A DNA stretch of 64,000 nucleotides, taken from Mobula hypostoma. Lineage: Eukaryota. The number at the start of each line of letters is the position of its first letter. Positions within the stretch are counted from its first letter, which is position 1. The stretch is from contig NC_086097.1 in NCBI RefSeq assembly GCF_963921235.1, positions 91,514,001 through 91,578,000 of the forward strand, written 5' to 3'. Made by a program: the position numbers and the translations under genes. The notes below the pieces were generated by a model, which worked only from the letters and a program-made list of their open reading frames with translations, had not been told where the DNA came from and searched no databases. Positions 13,315 to 27,098 of this stretch are shown in pieces.

Positions 13315-13499
13315 TGTAGGTTTTTGGACGTGAGGTGGTTTATGTTTAAGAAAAACCGTAACAACTCATTTATTGTAATCCAAACACTGAATACAAAGCA
13401 CAGTATAAGTTCTTCACATAATTACATCATCACGTCAGACCAGCCTCTTAAAGTAAACCCTAACTCAATGTCAGTGGTTGTGAATTATATTACCCTACA
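13315..13499 (-). mobile_element. Probable solo LTR (185 bp)
   Basis: Inverted termini TGTAGG...CCTACA; internal AATAAA on the minus strand; 4-bp flanks TTAG and ATAG. Confidence 0.55.
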
Positions 13500-16339
13500 A
13501 TAGCCTGGCTATTCAACAAATCTGGCCTTAGACTTGAAACCTGGTTTTTGAGCTGTGGGTGCTTGGATTGAGTGGCCCAAGCACAAGCAGTATAGCTAAA
13601 GGCTCTGGATGCTCAACCACATTCGGCTAGCTGTACAGATGAATGTACTTCACAAGAATCTAGCAATCCAAAAGTAGTTTGAAAAGCAAACAAATTTCAA
13701 AAACCGTGCCTAAGCAAAATTTACAGACTTTGTTTAAAAGGATGAGAGAAAGGAGAGGGGTTCAAGTGGGCAGCTGAAGGGTAAGAAATAGAGATGGGAA
13801 TGTTATATATGGTGGTTGAACATTACAACTGTGTCAATGCCACTAGACTGACACTGCAGAGCAGACGATATGTAGGAAGCCACACTCCAAAATAATGTAA
13901 ATTTGGAGAAAACCAGAATGTTCTTAGCCTATTACACCCTAATTAATACCAAACACTCTGTAAACATGCCACTCATATCTAATTGAGAGCGCAGCATACT
14001 CTAATAGCTTAATAACAGGTTTTATTCAGATAATAATAATGGATAGTTAAGAGCCATATCCGATAAAGTATGCAAATTGAAATTTTTCAGCTTATGTTTG
14101 ATTAAAGCGTAAAATATAATTAGTTAAACTATCAGAATCCAATTGTGCCTGTAATCCAGCTGGTTATATAGTACCAGAGAGATGACAAGAGCAATTGTTC
14201 GTTACTAGTGCATTATGAATTCTCATTTCCAGGTGATACTGGACTATATAATTTGTTTCACACAGGCATGTGGAAAAATAAGGATATGCATATTTATAAA
14301 AGGTTAGGCAGAAGACTGACTGGAAAGTGAGTAATTGAGCTAAACATTTTGTTTTAATCTGATGTATCAAGTAGTCCATTAATGGCTGAAATTCCAACTG
14401 CACAGATGCCACACAGAGTTGGTACTATAAAGAGGTGCCGCAACAGAAAGCATAGGACAGGTGAAAATAATGAAGCAACATACCTTTTATTTTAAAATAC
14501 ACCACTGCTCCAAAGAAGCTAATGTCATTTTTTGTAGATGCTAATTATCTCTGATGACATCCTGCACCATTTCCAGAGAGAACAGCATGTTAGTGTACAG
14601 GCAGGAGACAGCAGCTCTGGAGTCCTCTGCATTAAGTCCAGATCCCATGAATTCTTATAGCAAAAGTCAGACAAGCTCTTAGAAATGGGTAAAGGAGCCC
14701 ATGACAAAGAATCTAGGCAAGATATGCTAAACAGCAAGTTCACAGTTACTGTATTGTCATAAAGGATGAACAAGAAAACTAGAATTGTGCTCAATTAGTT
14801 AAGTAACAACAACATTTACCATTGCCTCAGCATTGGATGGAAAGGACAAGTCACTGACAGGACAGGCAACTACTATTGGTTTAATACATGGTGACATGGT
14901 GCTCTAAATGGAAAGGATTCACCAATGAGAGAGGACTTCAGTCCTTTGACTGCGCAGTGAATTACAAACCAACTACTTTGCCCTTGCAAGACCAATCCTC
15001 TCTCTGCAAGGAGCTGAATTGTACACAACTTGGCCTACTAGTGAGAGTCTTCCCAAGCACTTGTACAAGATGGTACATGTGCCCATCTTGTAAAGTGCTT
15101 GATGGTAGATGGGTCCAATCAAAGCTTATTAAATACCACCGATTTCCTTTGCCTTTTGTCTGGTCATGCTTTCACTCTGTAAAAGCTGTTTCGTATTCCT
15201 GTCCAACCTCCTACGCTCTCACCATGTTCAAACTAGCCTCTTTGCCATGGCTTTTGATTGCCTGCACTACCACCTGTTTATGTGCCTTAAGTGTCAAATT
15301 TTGTCTGAAAACACAAATTGAATCACCTTGGAATGTGTTACAAGGTTATGGGGTCTAATATAAATTATGCTGTGATACTGAACAAAGGTGGCTTTGTAAT
15401 TTTACAAGCAGACTAAAATCACACTGTGACAAATAATAAAATTAATGAATTCAATAAATCATGTAAACCTCGGGGAAGAACGTGCATTTACAGTGGCCCA
15501 TTAATGTTGAAAAACATCTCAAAGCTCCCATCAAAGGAGTAATAAAAATGATACTATTCCAAAGGGAATACAAAGAGGAACAAGCAACCAGCAGACTAAA
15601 ATAGCAATGGAAGTGGTGAAACTATTATAAACCAAGAGACTCACTGATGCGCTTCAAGGAATGGAGTCAACTACACTGTTACTCAGCATGATTTAAGTAT
15701 CACAACAGTCCCAAACAACTTTGGTGAACTGAAAATTCCTCACAGTTAAAGGAATTATGTGTCCATCACCAAGAATATTTTGTTGTACCACCACGAACAA
15801 CTAGTTATGCCTTGATGGATGCAGCTGCCAGATCAGGGCCATGATATCTGATTAGTGAATCAACTTGCAAAAAAAAAAACTACACAACATCTTCACTCAA
15901 CTCAATGATACATACATATCTATTCATAATGAAATGGACAAATGATTACTCCACTGCTTGACAGAGACTAAACACAGTCTTCAAAGTGAACACACCTACT
16001 ACTGACAGGTGATTGTATGATAGTGATGGACCATACCAAGGTTCTACTGTCCTGCCACATTCAATGGTAAATGGGCATGTATTAATAGGAACAAGAAGAA
16101 TCCAACAACAATGACGGAAAACTATAGCATGGGTACAAAATAACCAAATTGCTGCAATTCAATTTTCCCCGTCAAAAAGTAGCTGCATTTTAGCCATCTG
16201 CTACGGCTATCACAAAAGCCAAGCTTAATCCAATTGAATTCACTCGACACAATAACAAGACAACCTTCTTCATGCTTGTGTATCCCAAACCTGAACAAAA
16301 TTCAAACATGTACTGGTAGAAGGAAATAATATCGGCACA

Positions 16340-16835
16340 GTTGTGGCATTAAAAGCTCCTTAGAGTAAACATCACCAATAGCCTGTGCAGATCTATAGCC
16401 AAGAAATTACAAAAGTGTCTCTGCTTCCGCAGGAGCAGAGAAATTCAGCATGTCTCCTTTGACCCACATCAATGTTTATCGATGCACAATAGAAACCATC
16501 CTATTTGGATGTATCATGGCTTGGTACGGCAACTGATCTAGTTGTGACTGCAAGAAACTGCAGACATTAATGGATACAGCCCAGCACATAACGAAAACCA
16601 ATGTCACCTCCATGGACTTCGTCTACGCTTCTCATTTCCCTGGTAAAACAATCAAAATAATCAAAGATCCCATCCACCCTAGACATTCTTTCTACTCCCT
16701 CCTCCTATCAGACACAAGATATACAAGCATGACAGCTCACACAACCGGGCTCAAGGACAGCTTCTATGCTGCTGTTGTAAGACTATTGCACTCCTTGTAC
16801 AATAAGACGTACACTTCATCTCACAATCTACCAGC
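16340..16835 (+). mobile_element. Degraded Rex1-type LINE 3' fragment
   Basis: GCIMAWYGN, IIKDPIHPRHSFYSLL, LKDSFY motifs shared with other copies in the window. Confidence 0.7.
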
Positions 16836-17599
16836 ATGACAGAGTCCAACTACCAACAGTATTATCATGGCTGCACACCCCAACCCCCTCATCATCAACA
16901 AAAGAACCAACTAAATAACAAGAGAACAGATTGTAAACTGGCTATTCTGCATTGAGTAATTCCCAAACTCTTAACAGTTCACAACAGAACAATCAGGAAT
17001 GTCCAAACACTTGCCACATTAAGAACATTCAACTTAAGGACCTACTTAATTGAAATTCCATCCATTATTCAGAACCACACTGTGATATGTATTACCCCTC
17101 AAACTCATTACAGTTACTCAACAACTGCTTCTTCAATAGCTTCTCCCAGGCCCACAAATACTATCACCTTAACAGGCAGGGGCAGCAGGGATATGGGAAC
17201 GTCACCATATGAAAGCATCATACAGAGACACAGTCTGTCTCCATGCTCTTCGGCCAACAGAACATGCACTCCCTTCAGCCACCCATTTACACCAGAATTA
17301 TTTATTCTCCCAGCATTCCAATCAATATGTTTCATCGTCTAGCACCCTAGCAGTATAAATTTCAGTGGCCACTCAAGGTTCCAAACTTTGACATAGGGAG
17401 GGAAGTAGAGCTCGAGGAGGAAAAGTTTGCAGTCAAAGGGAGAATACATAAATTCAACGACAACACTGGAAGTCAGGATTGAACCTGGGTCTCTGGTACT
17501 GTGAGGTAGCTGCTCTACTCTGCCAATAATCTTGATGAAAAATAGAAAGAGGTTTTAAAACTGACCTTGGAGGTGATACACTCAACCTATGATGCAATA

Positions 17600-17745
17600 A
17601 ATGACAAATCAAAGCTTACACTCCAAAGCAGTACCGCATTGTTAGGTCAACTTTTTGAACACAACATTGAGCTGATGCCCCATCTGCACTTTGAGATGGA
17701 CACATAAAACACAGCACTATATTCAAAGAACAGCAGGGTAGAGGT
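17600..17745 (+). mobile_element. Degraded Deu-domain SINE fragment
   Basis: gccccatctgcac...gatggac...gcactatattcaaagaacagcagggt resembles the Deu domain as recalled. Confidence 0.4.
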
Positions 17746-18280
17746 CCCTCCATTTGATCTCAGAAACAGACAGCCTAACAGTGGAGAAACAGCAGATATA
17801 GATCACTTTAATGTTCAGAGAGCAAAGGAGGCAGAAGAAAGAATGCTCCAATTACTGGAAGTATAGAAGGGTGTCATTGAGCCTATCAAGCATACGAAAC
17901 ACTTTAACAGTACTGCTTAATTATAAACAGAAGATGAATAAAGTAGCTTAAGAAATATAAAGGAAGTGTTGAACCCTGATGTTTTCATCAAAGGTTCTTT
18001 CAGAAGGCAGGAAAGAGGCATAAAACTTGTTGCTTACAATCACTTTATTAAGTGTTGATAAAACAAAGGGAAATTAAAAATGACCAGTGGGAGGTTGAAG
18101 CAAAGAGAGAAAATAGAACCAGGATGGTGCCTAGCATAAAGCAGCTATTTTTTATACCCAGATATAAGGAAAATTACATTCAAAAATTTATAGTTAAGAA
18201 TTAACTAATTAGAAAGCCATTATTCAAATAATGCTGCATCAGGAAGCTTCCAGAATGATACCAGTAATATACCACTAGGG

Positions 18281-18360
18281 CAAGGGTTTCCAACCTTTTT
18301 TATGCCATGGACCAATCCCATTAAACAAGTGGTACGTGGACCCCAGGCTGGGAACTCCTG
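18281..18360. mobile_element. hAT/Charlie-like MITE (~80 bp)
   Basis: Termini CAAGGGTTTCCAACC and GGCTGGGAACTCCTG; a second copy lies at ~26966-27042. Confidence 0.65.
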
Positions 18361-18996
18361 CACTGGGGGGACACACTGAACTTGCATAGACATACCACTA
18401 CCACTAGGAAGCATAATGCAGTTACTTGTATACAAGTAATTATACAAAATACAATCAGATAATTAATTGTTAAACTGAAAAGAAAATAGCAATTAAACAG
18501 TCAAATCTATGAATTAAACAGCTAGATCCAACAGAAGTCAATCAAGAAAACTGGCACCCAAAGCCTGGAAGAAGCCATTTCAAGTTGTTCAGCTGTTAGT
18601 TTTTGTTGAGAGATACTAGGTCTCATTATTGGCTACAAATAGAGTGAGGGTAATCAGGATCTGGATTAGGTTTATCATCACTGACAGCAAAGCAGTGCTA
18701 GACAGAAAAATTACCATAGATTACAAAATATAAATAAATATTGCAAAAGTGGAATAGTAAGGTAGTTTTCATAAACCATTCAGAAATCTGATGGTGGAAG
18801 AGAAGAAGCTGAAACGTTGAATACGGACTTTCAGGCTCCTGTACCTCTTCCTTTGTGGCAGTAATAAGAAGACGGCATGTACTGTGGTGAAGTTTCTTAA
18901 TGATGATGCCACCTTCTTGAGCACCATCTTTTGAAGATGTTCTTGATGATAGGGAGGACTCTGTCAGTGACAAAGCTGGAGATTTTAACTTAAAAG

Positions 18997-19813
18997 TTGA
19001 GAAGTGGCAGATGGAGTTCAACCCAGATAAGTGTGAAGTGGTTCATTTTGGTAGGTCCAATATATTGGCAGAATATAGTATTAATGGTAAGACTTTTGGC
19101 AGTGTGGAGGATCAGAGGAATCTTGGGGTCCGAGTCCACAGGACGCTCAAAGCAGCTGCGCAAGTTGACTCTGTGGTTAAGAAAGCATACGGCGTGTTGG
19201 CTTTCATTAATCGTGGAATTGAATTTAGGAGCCGGGAGATAATGTTGCAGCTATATAGGACCCTGGTCAGACCCCACTTGGAGTACTGTGCTCAGTGCTG
19301 GTTGCCTCACTACAGGAAAGATGTGGAAGCCATAGAAAGGGTACAGAGGAGATTTACAAGGAGGTTGCCTGGATTGGGGAGCATGCCTTGTGAGAACAGG
19401 TTGAGTGAACTCGGCCTTTTCATCTTGCAGCGACATAGGATGAGAGCTGACCTGATAGAGGTGTATAAGATGATGAGAGGCATTGATCGTGTGGATAGTC
19501 AGAGGCTTTTTTCCAGGGCTGAAATGGTTACCACAAGAGTACACAGGTTTGAGGTGCAGGGGAGTAGGTACAGAGGAGATGTCAGGGGTAAGTTTTTTTA
19601 CTCAGAGAGTGGTGAGTACGTGGAATGGGCTACCAGCAACGGTGATGGAGGCAGACACAATAAGGTCTTTTAAGAGACTTTTGAATAGGTACATGGAGCT
19701 TAGAAAAATAGAGGGCTATGGGTAAGCCTAGTAATTTCTAAGGTAGGTACATGTTTGGCACAACTTTGTGGGCTGAAGGGTCTGTATTGTGGTATAGGTT
19801 TTCTATGTTTCTA
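18997..19813 (+). mobile_element. CR1 LINE 3' portion
   Basis: 220-aa ORF EFNPDKCEVVHFG...LVRPHLEYC...; tail ttttctatgtttcta; nearly the same subfamily as 967-2958. Confidence 0.92.
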
Positions 19814-19849
19814 ACTCTGTAGCCTCTTTCGACCCTGCATAGCAGGGCC

Positions 19850-20330
19850 CCCATATCAGGAGGTGATGCAATCAATCAGAATGCTCTTCACCGTCACCCT
19901 TTCCACTAGCTCTTCGAAGAGGACTGGTGTGTGTTCTCCTGAATTTCCTTTCCTGGGTCTGGAATCAATTCCTTGGTATTGCTGACAATGAGTATTGTTG
20001 TGACAACACTCAACCAGTCGATTAATCTCACTCCTGTATGCCTCTTCATCACCATCTGAGATTCTGCCAAGCGTTATTTCATCAGCAAATTTATAGATGA
20101 CATTTGAGCTCTGTCTAGAAACAGAGTAATGAATGCAGAGAGAGAAGGGCACTGGGCTAAGCATGCAAACCTGAGGTGTGTCTGTGTCGATTGTCAGCAA
20201 GGAGATGTTATTATCCATCCAGACTGATTGTGGTCTCCAGATGAGGAAGTTAAGGATCCAGTTGCAAAGGGTGATACAGAAGCCCAAGTTTTGAAGCTCA
20301 TTAATTAGCATTGAGAGATCGCTGATGTTC
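19850..20330 (-). mobile_element. Rex1-type LINE RT fragment (3' part probably at 18700-18985)
   Basis: LCNWILNFL..RPQSV, IYKFADE, EAYRSEI motifs. Confidence 0.75.
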
Positions 20331-20509
20331 AAAGTTCAAACTATATTTATTATCAAAGCACATATAAGTCACTATATAGAACCTGGAGATTCATTTTCTT
20401 GCAGACATACTCATAAATCCATAGAATGCTAAGCATAATCAACTGATTGCAAGACTACACCAACTTGTGCGTTCAACAAGTATGCAAAAATAAAACAAAC
20501 TGTGCAAGT

Positions 20510-22245
20510 CGATATCAGACATGTGGAGAGTGTTTAAAGATCAATTACAGTGTACAGGAAAGGTATGCCCCTGTTAGAAGGACAGATGGGGATGGAAAGA
20601 TAAGAGAACCTTGGATGTCTAGAGAGGTGATGAATTTAGTCAAGCAGAAAAAGGAAAAGTATGTAAAGTTTCAGAAATCAGGATCAAACGAAACACGAGT
20701 ACAAAGAAACCAGGGAAAAAAAACTAAAGAAGTGAATTAGAAAAGCCAGGAGGGAACATGAAAAATCTTTGGCAAGTGGGATTAAGGTGAATCCCAAGGC
20801 ATTCTATACTTTCATCAAGAGCAAGAGGATAACGAGGGAGAGCATGGGACCACTCAAGGATAAAGGGGGAAAGATTTGCTTGGAAGCAGAGAATGCAAGT
20901 GAAGTACTTAATGAGTACTTTGCTTCAGTATTTACGAAGGAAAAGGACATGGAGGACCAGGAGATAAGTGCTGAGAATATAAGTACATTAGGGCATTTAG
21001 GGGTCAAGGAGGAAGCAGTATTGGGCCTCCTAATGAGTATTAAGGTTATAAGTCCCCGGGACCTGATGGGATTTACCCCAGGTTATTGAATGAGGCAAGA
21101 TACGAAATTTCTGGGCCCTTGATCAGTATTTTATTGTCCTCTCTAACCACAAAGGCAGGGTCCTGGAGGACTGGGGAGTGGCTAATGTTGTACTTCTATT
21201 TAAGAAGGGAACTATAGACCGGTGACTCCCATGTCAATTGTAGGGAAATTACTAGAGAAAATTCTTAGGTACTGGATATATGAGCATTAGGAAACCCATG
21301 GCCTAATTAGAGAGAACACCAGCGTGGCTTTGTGCATGACAGGTTGTGCCTTACCAACCTGAGCTTTTTGACAAGGTGACAAGAGAGATTGATGAGGGTA
21401 GGGCAGTAGATGTTTTCCACATGGGCTGAGAAATGGCCAATAGAGTTTAACCTAGATATACGAGGTGTTGCATCTTGGTAGGGCAAATGCAAGTAGACAG
21501 AACATTGTTAAGGTCAAGATCCTTACCAGTGTTGCTAGGCACAGAGATCTTGGGATCCAAAATCATAACTCCCTGAAAGTGACTACACAGGTCGATAAAG
21601 TGATTAGGCGGCTTATGGAATGCTTGTTTTATTGCTTGAGGATTTGAGCTCAAAAGTCAAGAGATTAAGTAGCAACTTTATAAAACTCTGGTTAGGCCAT
21701 ATCTGGAATGCTGCATACTGTTCTAGTCACCCCTTTATGGGAAGGCTGGTGAGGTTTTGAAAAGGGTGAAGAAATAGTTTACCAGGATGCCTGGTTTAGA
21801 GGGCATGTGCCATCATGGAAGGCTGGATCAACTTGAGTTATTTTCTCTGGAGCACCAGAGGCTGAGAGGAGGTCTGATAGAAATTTACACGGTTATGAGA
21901 TATATAGCTAGAGTGGACAGGGAGTCTCTTTTTCGCCAGGGTTGAAATGTATAATACTGGAGACCATGCATTGAAGGTGAGAGGCGGTAAGTTCAACGGG
22001 GATGTGAGGGGCAAGTTTGTTACTCAGAGATTTGTGGATGCCAGGAATGCACTGCATGGTATGGTGGTAAAGGTAGATACATTGGAGGCTTTAAAGAAAT
22101 GTTTGGATAGGCACATGGATGTAAAGAAGATGGAGGGATATGGACATGGTGTAGGTAGGAAGGATTAGTGACTTGCCTTTTACCTGGTTTGGCACAACAC
22201 TGTGGGCCAAATGGCCTGTTCCTGTGTTGTATTTTTCTATGCTCT
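20510..22245 (+). mobile_element. Degraded, internally deleted CR1
   Basis: IKVNPKAFYTFIKSKR, LNEYFASVFTKE, GDVRGKF motifs and a CR1-type 3' end. Confidence 0.85.
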
Positions 22246-23990
22246 AAATAATAAATAAATAAGCAATAAATATCAATAACATGACATGAAAAGTCCTATA
22301 AAGTGAGCCCATAGGTAGAGGAAACATTTCATTGACGGGGCAAGTGAGAGAGAGAAGTTATCCCCTGCGGTTCAACAGCCTGATGATTGAGGGGTAATAA
22401 CCACTCCTGAACCTGGTGGTGTGAGTCCCAAGGCTCTTGACCCTTTTTCCTGATAGCAATGGTGAGAAGAGAGCATGATCTGGGTGGTGGGGGTCCCTGA
22501 TGATGGACGTTGCTTTTCTGTGACAATGCTTTATGTAGATGTGCTCAATGGTGAGGAGAGCTTTAAACGTGATGGACTGGGTCATATCCACTACTTTTTA
22601 TAGGATTTCTTATACAAGGACATTGGTGTTTCCATTCCAGGCTGTGATGTAGCCAGTGAATATACTTTTCAATACACATCTAAAGACCTCCAAGAGGATC
22701 ACAACCTTGTAATGGTTTGGAGGCTTGCATGCCTCAGTAACCCAGAGAACTATGCTGGCTGGAAGCAGGGCTATATGCTTTGGCTCTTGGTGGGGTCACC
22801 CATGCCAAACAGATCAAAGGGTAGAGGCCAGACTAAGAGTGGTCCACCGGTCCTCCAGGTTCAGGGATTCAGTTCAGGGCTAACAACCATGACAGGTCAA
22901 ACAAACCCCTAACAGGCAAAAGACACATCTATAGATGTTTGTCAAAGTTTTAGATGCAATGCAAAATCTTCACAATCTCTTAAGGAAGTTGAGGTTCTGC
23001 TATGCTTTCTTCATAACTATGCTTACGTGCTGGGCCCAGGACAGGTCCTCCAAAATGATAACACCGAGGAATTTAAAGGTGCTGACCCTCTTCACCTCTG
23101 ATGAGAACTGGTTCATGAAACTCCAATTTCCTCCTCCAGAAATCAATAATCAGCTCCTTGGTCTTGCTGACATTTAGCAACAGGTTTTTGTTATGGCACA
23201 ACTCAGCCAGATTTTCAATCTCCCTCCTATATGCTGATTTGTCACCACCTTTGATTCAGTCTATGACAGTGGTATCATCAGCAAACTTGAATATGGCTTT
23301 GCAGCTGCGCTTAGCCACACAGTCTTCAGCGTACAGTGAGTCGAGCAAGTGGCGAAGCACATAGCCTTGTGCTGATGGAGATTGAAGAGACGTTGCTGCC
23401 AATCTGAACTGACTGGAGTCTATAAGTGAGGAAACCGAGGATCCAATTGCACAAGGATGAACTGAGGCCAAGGTCTTGAAGCTTATTGATTAGTTTTGAG
23501 GGAATGATAGTACTGAAAGTCAAGCTGTTATCAGCAATCAGAAGCCTGATGTACTTTTGGCCGCTGTCTAATTGCTCCAAGGCTGAGTGAAAAGCCATTG
23601 AGATTGTATTCACTATAGACCTGTTGTGGCAGTTGGCAAATTGCAGTGGTTCCAGGTCCTTGTTCAGACAGAAGTTAATTCTAGCTATGACCAGCTTCTC
23701 AAAGCACTTCATCACAGTAGATGTGAGTGCTATCAGGCAATAGTCAATGCTCTTACCACTTGATTGATGCTCTTTTGAAGCAGTTGGGAATATCTGATTG
23801 CAGCAGTGCAAAATTAATGATATCCTTGAACACTCCATCCTGTTAACTGGCACAGGTATTTAGTACCTTGTGAGGTACATCATCAGGGCCAGATGCCTTA
23901 TTAAGGATATTCTGATATTGGCTTCCAGAAGAGATCACAGATGCCAGACACTATGGGGATTCCTATAGTGCTATTCTCCCTTTCAAAACA
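22246..23990 (-). mobile_element. Degraded Rex1-type LINE
   Basis: IALTSTVMKCFEKLV, LCNWILGFLTYRLQSV, FKFADDTTV, IRDPHHPDHALFS motifs. Confidence 0.85.
22687..22922 (+). mobile_element. 236-bp TSD-flanked retroposon resembling an RTE 5' UTR
   Basis: 13-bp TSD ACACATCTAAAGA (22674-22686) / ACACATCTATAGA (22923-22935). Motifs GGGTCACCCATGCCAAACAG, GGCCAGACTAAGAG and GGGCTAACAACC recalled from RTE/Rex3 5' UTRs. Confidence 0.7.
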
Positions 23991-24144
23991 TGCACAAAAG
24001 GCATACGGAAGTGACAGAAGCAGGAATATCCATTAATATAAAATTGAAGTAGAGAATTTGACCACTTCTAGATCCACCACTGATTAAGTTTAATTACTTA
24101 TCTCCATTTTAAAGTTAAAGAAACTAATTTCTATTTCAGGATCA

Positions 24145-26850
24145 GTAAATAGTCTTGGACAGGGAGAAGAGCAGATGGCAAGGGAAAGTATTTAATTGGG
24201 AGAGGACAAACTATGATGCTATTTGGTAGGAACTTGGGAGTGTAGACTGGGAACATGTTTTCAGGAAAATGCACAACAGAAATGTGGAGGTTTAGGGAGC
24301 ACTTGCATGTGGTTCTAGATAGGTTTGGCCCATTAAAAGAAAAGGAAAGAATGGAACCATAACACGAGATGTGGAACATCTAGTCAAGAGGAAGGAGGAA
24401 GCATACACAAGGTTTAGAAAGCAAGGATCAGTCAGGGCCCTAGAGACTTTCAAGGTCATCGGTAAGGAGCTGAAGAATGGATGGGAGAGTGAGAAGGTGA
24501 CATGAGAAAGCCTTGGCGAATAGAATTAAAGAAAACCCCAAAGCATTCCACAGGTATTTGAAAAACAGAAGGATGACTCGTGAGGACAGGACCAACATGT
24601 ACCTGGAGTTGGAGGCGGCAAGGCAGGTCTATAATGAATAATTTGCTTCAACATTCACCGGTGAGAAGAACATTGACAAATGTTAGGACAGCAAAAAAAA
24701 AAATAGGCTGATATGTTGGAACATGTCAACTTTGAGGATGTGCTGGAACTTTTAAAAAAACATTAAGGTAGATAAAGTTCTCATACCCCAGGTTACTGAA
24801 AGAAGTGAGGGAGGAGGTTGCTACACCTTTCATGATGATCTTTGCATCCCTACTGGCCACAGGGTTATTACCAAAAGATTGGAGGGTGGCAAATATTGTT
24901 CAAGAAAGGTAATAGGGATAATCCTGGGAATTCTCAACTAATGAGTCCTACTTCAACGGTGAACAAATTATTGGTTAGGATTCCTACAAACACAGCATTT
25001 GGAGAAGCATAGTCTGACAAGGTTCCATATGGTAGACTCATTCAGGAAGTCAGGAGGCAAGGGATCAAGGAAACCTTAGCAGCATTTAATCAGAAATGGC
25101 TAGCCCACAGAAGGCAGAGAGTGGTAGTGGATGAAGTGTATTCTCCCTGGGCGCAGGTGACCAGTGGTATTCTGGAAGTTGTGCAAGGTGAGGGTTAAGA
25201 TAATGTCCAGACAAGCATAGAATATAGATAATGTGCAATTAGCCCAGGCAAGAAAGGTCTTTGAAGAGCATAGCTTCCTTTTAACAGCAGGGGAATGGAG
25301 CTACTTTGCATCTGGAGACAAGACAAGGGTGTAATCGAAGGATGCAAGACACACACATCAACTAGGGAACAATTACTTTACAAACTTCAAAGTATCTTCG
25401 GTTGTTAGCTTATAGATTCCACTGACTTTGAACAACTACATTATGAATGGCGATCGAAAATAAGAAATCTGAACATACACAAGTTTACCAATTAGTCAAT
25501 AACTGTAACTGCAAATCAATTCTGTATTAAAAAAAATGGCATTTCTCTGTTCAGTCTTCAGAAGTTTGGTAAAAGAAGCCATGCTGACCTCCTTACGCAC
25601 AAATAAATAAAGAGCAATTAAGGAATGAGTGAAAATTTTCAGAGTCCAGTTAATTGGTGACGACAATGCTCCAAAGGAATATGTTGGGAGAAATGCTCTT
25701 TGCAATCTTATAAATGACTTGGATAAGAAAGCGGCTGGGTAGGTTAGTATACAGATACGGAAGGTTGGTTTTGAAAAATTTTATATTGAGAGACACAGCA
25801 TGCTAACAGGCCACTCCCGCCCACACTGCCCAATTACACCCAAATGACCTACTAACCCGCACATTTTTGGAATATGGGAGGAAACCGCAGCCCCCAGAAG
25901 AAACCCACGTGGTCACCAGGAGAATATACAAACTCCTTACAGACAGCAGCAAGAATTGAACCCTGGCACTGTAAATTGATGTGCTAACTGCTAAGCTACT
26001 GTGCTGGTCATGGAAAGTGTAAAAGGTTGTCATAGGTTGTAACAGGATAGGATGCACAACTGGGCTGAGATCAATCTGGAAAAGTGGGATGCGATACATT
26101 TTGGAAGGTTGAGTAGAAGCTTAGTGGGAGGTTCTTAGCAGTGTAAAGGAACAGAGGGATCTTAGTGTCAACATCCAAAGATTCCTCAAAGTTGCTGCAC
26201 AAGTTGTGAGGGGGTTAAAAAGGTGTATGGTGTTTTGGCCTTCATTAGTCAGGGGACTGAGCTCAAGAGCCATGAGCTAATGCTGCACTTCCATAAAGCT
26301 CTGGTTAGACTAAACTTGGGAGAATTATGTCCAGCTCTGGTCACCTTACTATTGGAAAGATATGGAAGTTTTAGAGAGGGTGCAGAGAAGATTTACCAGG
26401 AGGCTGCCTGGATTGGAGATCATGTCTTAGATGGATAGGTTAAGCCAGCTAGGGCTTTTCCTCTTTGGAATGAAGGATGATGACTTTATAGAGGTGCATA
26501 AAATAAGAATAGTGTGGGCAGCCAGAGACTTTTCCCCCCAGGGTGAAAATGGCTACTATGAGGGAGCACAATTTTAAGGTGATTGGGGGAAAGTATAGGG
26601 GAAGATCTCAGAGGTAAGTGTTATTTATTTATTTATTTACATGGAGAGTGGCAAGTATGTGGCATGCACTGCTAGGGGTGGTGATAGAGGAAGATATGTC
26701 AGAGACATTTAAGGCACCCTCAGATAATCACATGGATGAAAGAAAAACAGAGGGCTATGTGGGAGAGCAGAACTAAATTGATCTTAGAGTAGGTTAAAAG
26801 GTCAGCACAACATTGTGAGCTGAAGGGCCAGTACTGTTCAATGTTCTATT
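24145..26850 (+). mobile_element. Degraded CR1 segments (~24145-25180 and ~25700-26850) with a minus-strand V/HE1-type SINE at ~25780-26000
   Basis: RIKENPKAF and YGVLAFISQG motifs. SINE motif ttttggaatatgggaggaaaccgcagcccccagaagaaacccac...caaactccttacagacag. Confidence 0.7.
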
Positions 26851-27098
26851 ACCTCGAAGGGAAAAATAAATAAAGTCACCTTACAGGCAGAAAACAAACT
26901 CACGGGCAAATAGAAGGTATACAATTTAACAAGAATGCTAAACAAACAGGAAAGAGCCTCTTGAGCAGGGTTCCCAACCATTTTTATAATGGACCTGTAC
27001 CATTAACTGAGGGGTTCGTGGACCCCAAGTTGGGGACTTCCCCTCCAGAGACTCTTCTGCCATTACATTATATCACAAGTAATCTGTATTCTTACTCT

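Noticed and set aside
14888..15358. 156-aa plus-strand ORF
   Set aside because: No recognisable motif or splice context; intronic and antisense to EXD2.
22687..22760. Canonical HDV-like or twister ribozyme
   Set aside because: Could not assign P1.1, L3 and the catalytic C, or the twister consensus; kept only as an unclassified structured element.
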